Position numbers and translations under genes: made by a program. DNA of 63,958 nt, the filler included, from Octopus bimaculoides (lineage: Eukaryota): NCBI RefSeq assembly GCF_001194135.2. It is 7 parts of 6 records of this genome, joined end to end, with 100 filler letters (N's around TTAATTAATTAA, not from the genome) between each part and the next. Parts side by side here need not be neighbours in the genome. Positions count along the whole stretch, not along the records: positions 48,759 to 59,982 come from NC_068981.1; positions 60,083 to 62,104 come from NW_026355236.1; positions 62,205 to 63,958 come from NW_026325502.1; 4 more parts are not named here. The stretch is one strand, 5' to 3'. Below are positions 53,536 through 63,958 of the stretch, piece after piece. The notes under the pieces were generated by a model. That model saw nothing but the letters and a program-made list of their open reading frames with translations, was not told the DNA's origin and made no database searches. Numbering within the stretch: the first letter of the stretch is position 1; the number at the start of each line of letters is the position of its first letter.

Positions 53536-55354
53536 CTGTCTGTCTTTTTGTCTATCTATCCGTCTGTATATCTGTCTGTCTATTGCATTATAGTCACGTA
53601 TGTATGTTTGTATGTTTGTGTGCGTGCGTGTGTGTATGTATTACTACCTCCATACACAAACACACATGTATCTACACATAGATATACACTCATACGCGTA
53701 AACAAACGTATATATATGCACGTGTGTTTGTATTTATGTGTGTGCTTGTGTGCATGTCAGTATGTATGTATTTATGCATATTTGGATGTCTGCATTTGGG
53801 TGAAACTGTCCGTCTTTTACTTATTTCTCAAGAAACGTATAGGAAAGGATAAATCATTTTTTTCTTTAATGGTGTTTTCTTCAAAGACATCCACATCCAC
53901 TCATACACACATACGCATACACACATGAACACATGCACACACACACACACGCACCCCCACCCAGACAATCAAACGCGCTCACATGTTCATGTATACGCAT
54001 ATTATACAGGCACACAAACACACACATGTATCGCCTTCATTATGAATATAAATATTCTAACATACAATACACTCTTTGAAGAAGATACTATATTAGTAAA
54101 TACATTAGTAAATCGATATAATATTATAAATAAATATTAGTAAATCGATATAAGGGGAGACTAAAAGATAGAACACATACTAGGTAAGCAACATACTTCT
54201 AAGTAAGCAAAAATGACATTTCAAATAAAAATTTTGTAAAAATGTACAGTATTTGCAAATTCATTGTGTTTCCGTTCAAATATTTTATATCATAAAACGC
54301 ATGATCTTACGTGAAAAAAAAAAGAAAGAAATTATCAAAGATATATGATATGTCAACAACGAATATTCACTGTCCTTTAGACTTCATAATACATACATAT
54401 ACAGTTTACCTAACGTATACTTAGGCTATCCTACTCAATCGACGTATGTCATTTATAAATAAGCTTTCCCTTACCAAATATGGTCTAGTGTGTAAAATCT
54501 AGCATTCACAATAACAAAACAGATACAATTCTTTTCTCTAGAATATAATCATTTGAGATAATATACGCATACAAACATATAGAAAAAGTTAAATCTTCAG
54601 AAATATAGTATCATTCATCACATCTCAAGATGATGTCTACGTCTAATGTGACTTTATGAAAATTAACTTTATATATTTTACACAACAAAATATTATAACT
54701 ATTATAATTTCTTTTTGTCTGGAATCAATGAATCATTTCTACTGATATTGAATTGTGTTAAATTTCAAAGAATATCTATAGTTGCCGCAATTTTCAAATT
54801 ATAAATTTTATTCTGCAATTACTTCAAGCATGTGCCAGACATTATATATACACACATACACACATGTACGTATATTTCTGTCCGTGTTTGAATTTTTATA
54901 TGTATGAATATCTACATATGTATATATGTACATTATTTGTCATGAAAACAGGAAATAAATGCTTAAACAGGAATGATAAAAATGTTGCCATGTGCAGTGT
55001 TTGTGTATATTCAGATGTATTGCTCCACAATTTGTTTACTGTATTGTTTTTAATTACAATATGTGTTAAAATATCTGCGTATTCGAGACACAAAAATGTT
55101 CTTGCCTTCCGATAAAGTGAAAATACAATATTAGTATAGACTAATATTTATAGTAAATAGAGAAGTAACAGGTTGGACTAATAAATAGTAATGAATCGGC
55201 AAATATGATATCTCTATGCTTTGATGCATTTCGATATTGATATTGAATAGATTTTTAAGCTAGGACACATGTTCGTATATATACAGATATACAAACATAA
55301 ATACACAAGCATAAACATAAATACACAAGCATCATCTACATAGATACAAACTAA

Positions 55355-55392
<38 letters not shown>

Positions 55393-55749
55393 AACACACA
55401 CACACGCACGCACAAATTTGTACATGTATCAGTCCTTCTCAAGTGAGGATGACTTTGTAATATTTGCCATGTTTTATGTTCATATGTAGTTGCGAGCTGT
55501 GATAGACACTTTGTCTGATACCTTGTACTTGATAGACTGGTACAATCAGAATATGACAGCAGGGAAGGGAGGCAACTAAGTCAGCGGACGGTTGATACTC
55601 ATTTAAACTTGTGTTGATCGAGTTGTCTAAAATAAAGTAACTTCCTTGAGGATACAATGCACTGTCCCGTAATGTAAGTGAAATCATGATTCTAACCGCT
55701 GGACCACTCACCATCTTTGAAATGTGCTTGAGTGTGTGTAACCATATAT

Positions 55750-56550
55750 AATTATATACGCACGTGGTCTGCTCAATAAGTATCCGTACTGGTGCCATAG
55801 TAACGAAGATAAAGCACGCAGAGTAAAGCTGCTTGGCAAAGATTGACCCTGAACTCTGCTGTGCTTGTGCATTATGTTTTAACGTACCAGCTAACTTCCG
55901 CTGTTTACAGCAGTGTATGAAAGGACGGTGTGTAGAATGTGGTGCTCGCATTGACCATGACAGAAAGTTGTCAAATGATACCTACTCGGAGGCTCTAAAG
56001 CACTATGAGGTGGTGACAGGAGCTACAATCAACTAGGCTCAATCGTTGGACTTGCAGTAGGTAACTTGGTGTGTGAGACCCGTCACTAAATGCATGAAGC
56101 GGTAAAAGTTCTCATGCTTGGTGCCTGCTTTTATTGAATCTCCAGGTGGAAAAGACCTTGGCCAAGGCAGCATGCAGAATGGAAATTCTCACCCAGAAAT
56201 GAAGCGAGAGAAAGCTGAGTGGTCGAGAGACGTTAACGAACGCCCACCTCGACTCCGTTATATATTACTGCCCAACCTGATTGGTTCTTGTCTAAATACT
56301 ATGGGACGTCAGCCTTTCACTTTTTTTTAAATGAGCTCTTTTCCCTTGTCAGGGACTAGATTTCTTGTCAATATTCTCTGCATGGAGAGTTTGGGAAGTC
56401 GTGGATGTTGATGGACAGATATCAAGCAATACTTCTGCGGCGCATATACATGGACACCATTTGTGACGCTCGTTTTCCCCTGTTCGTCTCATTGCAAAAT
56501 CTGCACACCAAATCAAGCAAAGATTGAGTCAAGCACTGTACATCTGGAAA
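55750..56550 (+). mobile_element. Decayed Tx1/L1-clade LINE fragment
   Basis: LKHYEVVTGATIN (cf. YExxSGAKIN), LQVEK..LTQK*SERKLSGR..NAHLDSVIYY and QYSLHGEFGKSWMLM (cf. GGLG.P), in thumb-domain order. Upstream PANFRCLQQ.MKGRC may be an ORF1 zinc-knuckle remnant. Confidence 0.7.
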
Positions 56551-57979
56551 TGCGTCAAGTATTTATGGGCTTCTGACAGTCGGGCAATGTGTTAGGTGGA
56601 AAAGTGGCAGACAAAAACGATAATGTTTTCAGAAAATTTTCGGTATCTATAAAATAAATTAGCTGATCTATCCTGGAGGACATATATGGACAATTTCTAG
56701 AAAATTCTGTATTGGTAGTGTTACCAGGATTATTACAGGTTCGAGTTATGATAAAAGTGTTCTGCAAGAATTTGTGCAGTATTTGTGCATTCATTTCTTG
56801 TGATGTTATATTGAAAAGCTACTGTCATCTATATCATATTTAAGGTATATAAGTGACCATAATAGCAGTTGAATTGGTGTATTTTCGTCAAGCTTTATTA
56901 GGCTACTCAAATTACGTTTTCCCATATTCTTTCATAATCAAATTACTAATTTGGAAGCAGAGACTAAAATGAAAATTATTATTCTGGTGTTTTACGTAAA
57001 TGAATATACTTAATTAATTAATTACACTAACCTGAAGATGTTCGTATTCTATAGTCAAATGTTTGCGTGACACGAGTTTGAAACTAAATTTTTGAAACTG
57101 CCATCGGTTTTGTACCGACCTCTGAGTTTTCACGTAGAGGCGATGCATATACTAAAGGTAACCAACAGAAGGAATATTTAAAAAGATTTATTTGGAACTT
57201 ATTATCGAATCATTTTATTGTACTTACTGTGTCTTAAGTTAAGACTAAATGTATATATGCACAATTTCAATGTCGGTTTACGATTGTTATGCTAGTAATT
57301 TCGATATTACATGTTAAAATATATCATCATAACTTTGAAACTAGTTTTGTTGCCTCCATACATAGAATGCCATATATCTAAATTAAATCAATGTGTACAC
57401 TGTCATGCATGTTTTACTCCATGCACTCATTTTGTTTCTTTAGAAATAATCATGCAAAATGTGGAGGGGAATGCTACGTACAAGAAGTGATAGACTGGGA
57501 AAAACATACCATGATATATTTATTTCTTTTATTCGGTAGATTTAGAAACACTCAAATCCAAGCACGTTTGCACTCGCGCATATGTAGTTACGAACACACA
57601 TCCATACATAGACATTCACATTCACATACTTACATAATACATATATACATACATACATAATAGATGCATCCGTATGCATATATACATTCATACATATGTA
57701 TATACATAACTCTAAGCATACACATATAAGCACACACACACACACACACACAAACAAACACACGCACGCACATACAAATAAACTGACACACTGTCGGTTA
57801 CGACGACGAGGGTTCAAGATCATCCGATGAACGGAAGAGCATGCTCAAGAAATTAAAGTGCAAATAGCTGAGACCTCTACGGAGATGTGTACACGTAACA
57901 TAGTTCTCAGGGGAATTCAGCGTGACAAAATGTGTGGCAAGGTTTTCAAATAGAGTTACTACTGGAGCAACTTGAAATA

Positions 57980-58260
57980 AAGTACTTTGTTCAAGTACCC
58001 AGTGCATCTCCACGAAATGAACTCACGACCTTACGATTCTAAGCCGAATATTTTCACCACTAAGCAATCCGCATTCACACACACATATATGTTTATGTAT
58101 GTAATTACGTATATATCTGTACATTCTACACGCTGTGTATGTGTGAAGGTGCGTCGCTTCGTGGTTAAGGCATTCGGCTCACGATCGTTAGGTCGTGAGT
58201 TCAATTCCCGGTGGCGGTCTGTATCCTTGAGCAAGACATTATTTCAAATAAATTACGTAA
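57980..58260. mobile_element. Two family D-like SINE heads in divergent orientation
   Basis: 57987-58075 (-) and 58148-58240 (+) are mutually reverse-complementary tRNA-like heads. Confidence 0.6.
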
Positions 58261-58458
58261 CAATCTTCTCTAACCACATTTATCGTATTCGGTTATAATG
58301 TCTTGCGGTTAAGCTGGTTCCCACGCATTTCCCCGAAGAGAAGATTACATTCTTATCAACATCACCTATTATTATGGAAGGTATAATTTGTAATCTTCGA
58401 AACACATGTTGGAAATAAAAGTATTCAGTTACTATATGCGTTTTACTCCATTTACTAA

Positions 58459-58492
<34 letters not shown>

Positions 58493-58608
58493 CGTTGTAC
58501 TTGGGGATGGTCATATTGCCAGTTTAGCCAATAAAAACACACGGACTGTATGTTTGGTGTTAATTTGCTTCAGCTTTATATTACATTATATTACGTTAAT
58601 CCTATTTC

Positions 58609-58653
58609 GGCCAGAGTTCTTTCGTCACACTTCTGTGACCTCATCAGTGGTCC
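58609..58653 (-). ncRNA. Type I hammerhead motif (family HH5, left arm)
   Basis: GGACCA CTGATGA G GTCAC AGAAGT GTGAC GAAA GAAC TC TGGCC. Confidence 0.75.
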
Positions 58654-58781
58654 TTTGCTTTCTTCTTTCTTATGTGTGTCTCACCTTGCTAACTATCAGC
58701 CATTTTGTACAATAGGAATACAAAATACAAAATGGCTGATAGTTAGCAAGGTGAGACATACATAAGAAAGAAGAAAGCAAA

Positions 58782-58826
58782 GGACCACTGATGAGGTCAC
58801 AGAAGTGTGACGAAATATCTCTAGCC
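58782..58826 (+). ncRNA. Type I hammerhead motif (family HH5, right arm)
   Basis: GGACCA CTGATGA G GTCAC AGAAGT GTGAC GAAA TATC TC TAGCC. Confidence 0.7.
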
Positions 58827-58984
58827 GAAATAGAATTAATGTAATATGATGTAATATAAAGCTGAAGCAAATTAATACCAAATATAGAGTGCGTGTATTC
58901 TTATTGGCTAAACTGGCAATATGACCATCCCCAAGTACAACAACATATGTTTCAACACACGATTTCACATTAAAAATCTTGCAA

Positions 58985-59048
<64 letters not shown>

Positions 59049-59916
59049 AATGTATGTTTGTGTGAATGTATATATTATATGTGCGTGTGGGTTTGTGTAT
59101 GTATGTGTGTATATGTCTGTGAGTATATGTATGTATTCACATATCTATTTACACACTGGTGCACACATACACAGACACCAATGCATATGTACATACAAAG
59201 ATAGAGAAGGTTTCAATGCTGTCTGGGGAACTTATATTGAAAAGAAAATAACAGCTGATTCTGCAAAGGCTTGTCATTTATAATGTCTGCCAAAAAAGGA
59301 AGTTAATAGAAAATCCATTGTCATTGAAGAATCTTGTAATATCAATATATTCTTTACGACTTTTGACACACAATTAGTAATAGTTGATGTCTCATTTGTC
59401 AGGAAGTCTTAATGTGTGCTGCGATAGATTCGGGGCCAGCATGAACAGGAGAAGAGACACTATTCAAAACACATACTTTAATGAATTTAGCTCATATTGG
59501 GTGCGCTTGAATGAAATGCAGTAGAATTTCATTACCAAATGTAAGCGTACTTAATATGTCTTTCTCTGTTATTTCCTCTGTTGTTTCATAAATTTTCATT
59601 CTTCTTTTTCAATTGTTGTTCTCTTCAAGCTTTTTCATTCATTCATGGTTCAATCTGAATAGTTACGACTTATTTTGTCGGGTATTCGGATAGGTCCTGA
59701 AGTTCTACATAATTAAGGTTAGCAAATAATGCATACGGAATTATTTCTGTAAACTTAGATTATGTGATAGAATATGAATGACCGACAAAACGTTAGTTAC
59801 ACTTATATTAAAAGGTTATATGTTTATAGCGCATAAATAATAGAACTGGAAGACCATATCGTATATATGAATTACACGCGCACACTATCACACACAGAGG
59901 AACACACAGGCACACA

Positions 59917-59982
<66 letters not shown>

Positions 59983-60468
59983 NNNNNNNNNNNNNNNNNN
60001 NNNNNNNNNNNNNNNNNNNNNNNNNNTTAATTAATTAANNNNNNNNNNNNNNNNNNNNNNNNNNNNNNNNNNNNNNNNNNNNGTGTGTGGTTGTAGGTAC
60101 TACCTGCCGCTGCTGCTGCTGCTGTTAAGTCCATCTCGCTTGCAATACGTAACATCGCACATGATGTAAACGAGATCTAAGTGATGATACAGCGTTTTTG
60201 CGTAACGGCGCTTATCGGTGGATATACAGTGCGTGTCTGCATGTGTGTATGTGTGTGTGTGTTTGCGGCGAGACGAGGCTGCGGCGAATAAACTGTCGTC
60301 TAAATTACGCAAAAATGGAAATAACACTGACATCGCATTTTAACAGACATATTTACCAAAATTACATAAAAATATCTTGAAATACTAAAAAGTAAATTTA
60401 TTCAATAAAATCACGGCCCGCAGACGACTTCGGAATCTCCTGCAACTCTTCAGGACAGTCTCCATGTT

Positions 60469-60506
<38 letters not shown>

Positions 60507-60924
60507 NNNNNNNNNNNNNNNNNNNNNNNNNNNNNNNNNNNNNNNNNNNNNNNNNNNNNNNNNNNNNNNNNNNNNNNNNNNNNNNNNNNNNNNNNNNNNN
60601 NNNNNNNNNNNNNNNNNNNNNNNNNNNNNNNNNNNNNNNNNNNNNNNNNNNNNNNNNNNNNNNNNNNNNNNNNNNNNNNNNNNNNNNNNNNNNNNNNNNN
60701 NNNNNNNNNNNNNNNNNNNNNNNNNNNNNNNNNNNNNNNNNNNNNNNNNNNNNNNNNNNNNNNNNNNNNNNNNNNNNNNNNNNNNNNNNNNNNNNNNNNN
60801 NNNNNNNNNNNNNNNNNNNNNNNNNNNNNNNNNNNNNNNNNNNNNNNNNNNNNNNNNNNNNNNNNNNNNNNNNNNNNNNNNNNNNNNNNNNNNNNATATA
60901 TATATGTATGTATGTATTCTTCTA

Positions 60925-61100
60925 TTCTTTTATTCTTTTATTCGTTTCAGTCATTTGACTGCGGCCATGCAGGACTTATTCTTTGTAACCCTAGTACTTA
61001 TTCTATCGGTCTCGTTTTTGCCGAACCGGGGACATGAACACACCAGCATCGGTTGTCAAGCGATGTTGGGGGGAGGGAGGACAAACACAGACACAGAAGC
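60925..61100 (-). mobile_element. SINE family B 3' part with internal deletions
   Basis: Consensus match. Confidence 0.75.
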
Positions 61101-61299
61101 ATGTACATATATATATATATATGGACCGGTGGCGAACACTGAATTACCCATCGGAAGAATTTTACAGCGTAATTGACAACTCCTAGTAGTTATAGACGTT
61201 AGATACTAATCGATGTGGTTAGCCGTTACCTGGAACATAACTGAGAGCTATATATAATAATACAAATGATATGTGAGCATATGCATATATAAATACATA

Positions 61300-61560
61300 T
61301 ATGTACAAACCTACATCTACATGTATATATAGATACATATCCGGGTACAGGACGTCAAAAAAACGTGGACAAAAAAGGAACGGGAACATAAACAAAGCAC
61401 AAAAAACGAACTTTTTACGGACAACAAAATGAACACATAGGAAAATAAACAAGTCACTTATGGAACTTTTCCTTCATCAGCTGCCTCTTCTAAACTAGGC
61501 GTTTCGAAGATGAGGCAGAACGCGCTCTTAGAATAGCTATTCCCGCGAACTGGATTAACC
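61300..61560. repeat. Unclassified interspersed repeat, homologous to 62205-62356
   Basis: Shared CTACATCTACATGT..GATACATATC..GTACAGGACGT..CCTTCATCAGCTGCCTC blocks. Confidence 0.65.
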
Positions 61561-61892
61561 TGCTAAGCGGAGGATTCCAAAGTAGCAAACAAAAACCAAG
61601 GGGCGTTAAGCCGAACGTGAAGAGATACTGAACGCTGTGATGTGACGAACTTGGGCAGAGAGAGATAGTTCGTCTTGCCTTTATGCTGGCCGAAGGGAGA
61701 AAGGAAGATGTGACCACAGGTCACGTGTGATCAACGAGGAGTGGTAGAGAGAGGAAAAGGGAGGGAGTTGAACATAGGTGAGCGACGAGAGACAGGGAGG
61801 AAGAGTAAGAGAGATATATATATAGCAGTGAAGGGGAGAAGCAAGGACAACAGAAGGGAGCAGAACGAGAGTTGGGGTATATATATATACTC

Positions 61893-62072
61893 TTTTACTC
61901 TTTTACTTGTTTCAGTCATTTGACTGCGGCCATGCTGGAGCACCGCCTTTAGTCGAGAAAATCGACCCCAGGACTTATTCTTTGTAGGCCTAGTACTTAT
62001 TCTATCGGTCTCTTTTTGCAGAACCGCTAAGTTACGGGGACGTAAACACACCAGCATCGGTTGTCAAGCGAT
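61893..62072 (-). mobile_element. SINE family B 3' half, young copy
   Basis: Near-consensus match. Confidence 0.9.
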
Positions 62073-62355
62073 CACACACAAATACATATATATATATATA
62101 TATANNNNNNNNNNNNNNNNNNNNNNNNNNNNNNNNNNNNNNNNNNNNTTAATTAATTAANNNNNNNNNNNNNNNNNNNNNNNNNNNNNNNNNNNNNNNN
62201 NNNNCATACTTACATCTACATGTGTATATAGATGCATATCAAGGTACAAGACGTTAGAAAAATGAACTAGAGACAACGGAACGAACACATAGGGAAACAG
62301 ATAGCCACTTGGAATTATTCCTTTATCAGCTGCCTCTATTCTAAATAGGCATTTC

Positions 62356-62425
<70 letters not shown>

Positions 62426-63639
62426 AGTTATGTTATATTCTGTTAAGAGAGTANNNNNNNNNNNNNNNNNNNNNNNNNNNNNNNNNNNNNNNNNNNNNNN
62501 NNNNNNNNNNNNNNNNNNNNNNNNNNNNNNNNNNNNNNNNNNNNNNNNNNNNNNNNNNNNNNNNNNNNNNNNNNNNNNNNNNNNNNNNNNNNNNNNNNNN
62601 NNNNNNNNNATAGCTTTTAGGAAAAGAACCATGGTTCATGAACTCATTGATGAAAATCCACTGACAAATAGAAAAATTAATAAGTAAAAGTACAATAAGT
62701 AAGTATAATATAATACAAAGTAAACATCATAAGATAATGATAATAAAACGACTACACGTGTTTCATAACCAATTTTCAAATTGAAAGAAAATTTAAATCG
62801 ATTAAAATCGATTAAAACTATCGAAAATCAATTCTATTCAAAAATATAGCTAATCTTCAGGTCAAAATACAACAATAATAATAATAATAAAATCATGTAT
62901 ATATCAACCAAGAATAAATAACAAATGAATGTATATAAAATACTTATTATATTAAGATAGAAAAGTATTGATAAAAATATCAAAATTATAAACATTCTAT
63001 AATCAACCTTACGTCCATTATATAAGTTAACAGGAATATTATATGCAAAAACCAACTTTAACCAAATTTTTCGTTTAAAATACAATTTGAACGAAGTTTT
63101 AGGTTAAAATAATAAAGATAGAATTAGCACATATCAAAATGAAGCCCTCTCGTATATTTCTCGTAAAGATTACATATACAATTGCCAATAGTGTACTTTG
63201 GAAAGTAACTAATAATATATCACTTTGTATCGTAGTTAATGTCCCTGTGTTTCAAATCCTATATGCATTTACAATGATTCGCAAAATTGCTTTTCATCCT
63301 GAGTACATGTTGGTGATAAGGTCTAACATGGCTGAAAAGTATCTGGCTCTCTCGAAAGCTACTGCAGAAAATCCATGTATCCTGGTGTAGGAAGTTAGTA
63401 AGCTTTGAGTAGGAATAAAATCAACTTTCAGGAACAATAATAAATTACTGGCATAGAAGATTATAGGTTTTTCCCATATCGAGGTTTCAGTATCTGAAAA
63501 AAGTTTTTCTATAGTTCAGGTTTTGCAGCTAGGTTTGATATGGATGCAAATAAAAATCTAATTTGCTGGAATGTAGCAGGTAAAATTTAATCTGTGTGTT
63601 TCCGAGCGGAGTGAAAAAAATATGTAATTATGTCTTTTA

Positions 63640-63840
63640 TCTTTTACTTATTTCAACTATTAGACTGCGGCCATGCTGAGGCATTAATGTAAACTTTTAT
63701 TTGAATGAATCGATCCGAGTACTTATTAATTTTTTGAAAGCTTGGTACTTATTCTGTCATTTCTTTTTGGCGAACCGCTACGTTACGGAGACACAAGCAC
63801 GCTAACACTGGTTGTCTAGCGGTGGTGGGAAAAAACAGAT
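63640..63840 (-). mobile_element. Diverged SINE family B 3' half
   Basis: GACTGCGGCCATGCTG...GAACCGCTACGTTACGG. Confidence 0.7.
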
Positions 63841-63958
63841 AGAAAGGCATACATATATAGATATACATACATACATACATACATGCATATATATATACAG
63901 ACATGAATATATATATGTGTGTGTGTGTGTATATATATATATATGTATTTATATACCT

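Larger units (their letters stand above)
58494..58941. mobile_element. Fold-back element with 216-bp arms, one hammerhead per arm, flanked by (TA)n
   Basis: 58494-58709 and 58726-58941 are reverse complements with a 16-bp spacer. The right flank 58942-58990 matches 38400-38445. Confidence 0.9.

Noticed and set aside
55439-55951. 170-aa minus-strand ORF, the longest gap-free non-microsatellite ORF
   Set aside because: It largely overlaps, antisense, the Tx1-like remnant, and has no recognisable motifs of its own.
61455-61535. Type III-like hammerhead: CTGCCTC/GAGGCAG stem, CTGATGA, GGAA/TTCC stem
   Set aside because: No GAAA after stem II here or in the homologue at 62300-62350, so it cannot be drawn as a complete ribozyme. 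At most a decayed relative.

Overview
AT-rich, gap-riddled eukaryotic genomic DNA. The SINE families, dense (TA)n/(CA)n/(GATA)n microsatellites and scaffold linkers suggest an octopus assembly; this is inference, not a database match. There is no long intact gene, and almost all ORF-track entries are microsatellite or antisense-of-repeat artefacts. Supported content: four tRNA-derived SINE families (dozens of copies), a dead mellifera-type mariner, an internally deleted DUF4817-type Tc1/mariner, an internally deleted Helitron, and decayed RTE, Tx1/L1 and Penelope-like retroelement remnants. Reading both strands for RNA structure gave the main result: nine type I hammerhead ribozyme motifs from five unrelated sequence families (8038, 11145, 15524, 16952, 17194, 19311, 38178, 58609, 58782). 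They have the short or palindromic stem III typical of Penelope-like element pseudo-LTRs. Five sit in three long fold-back elements, always facing outward, so that the antisense arm is transcribed first. Two families carry non-canonical catalytic cores (A6U, U4C). A few phase-compatible candidate host exons are flagged at low confidence.
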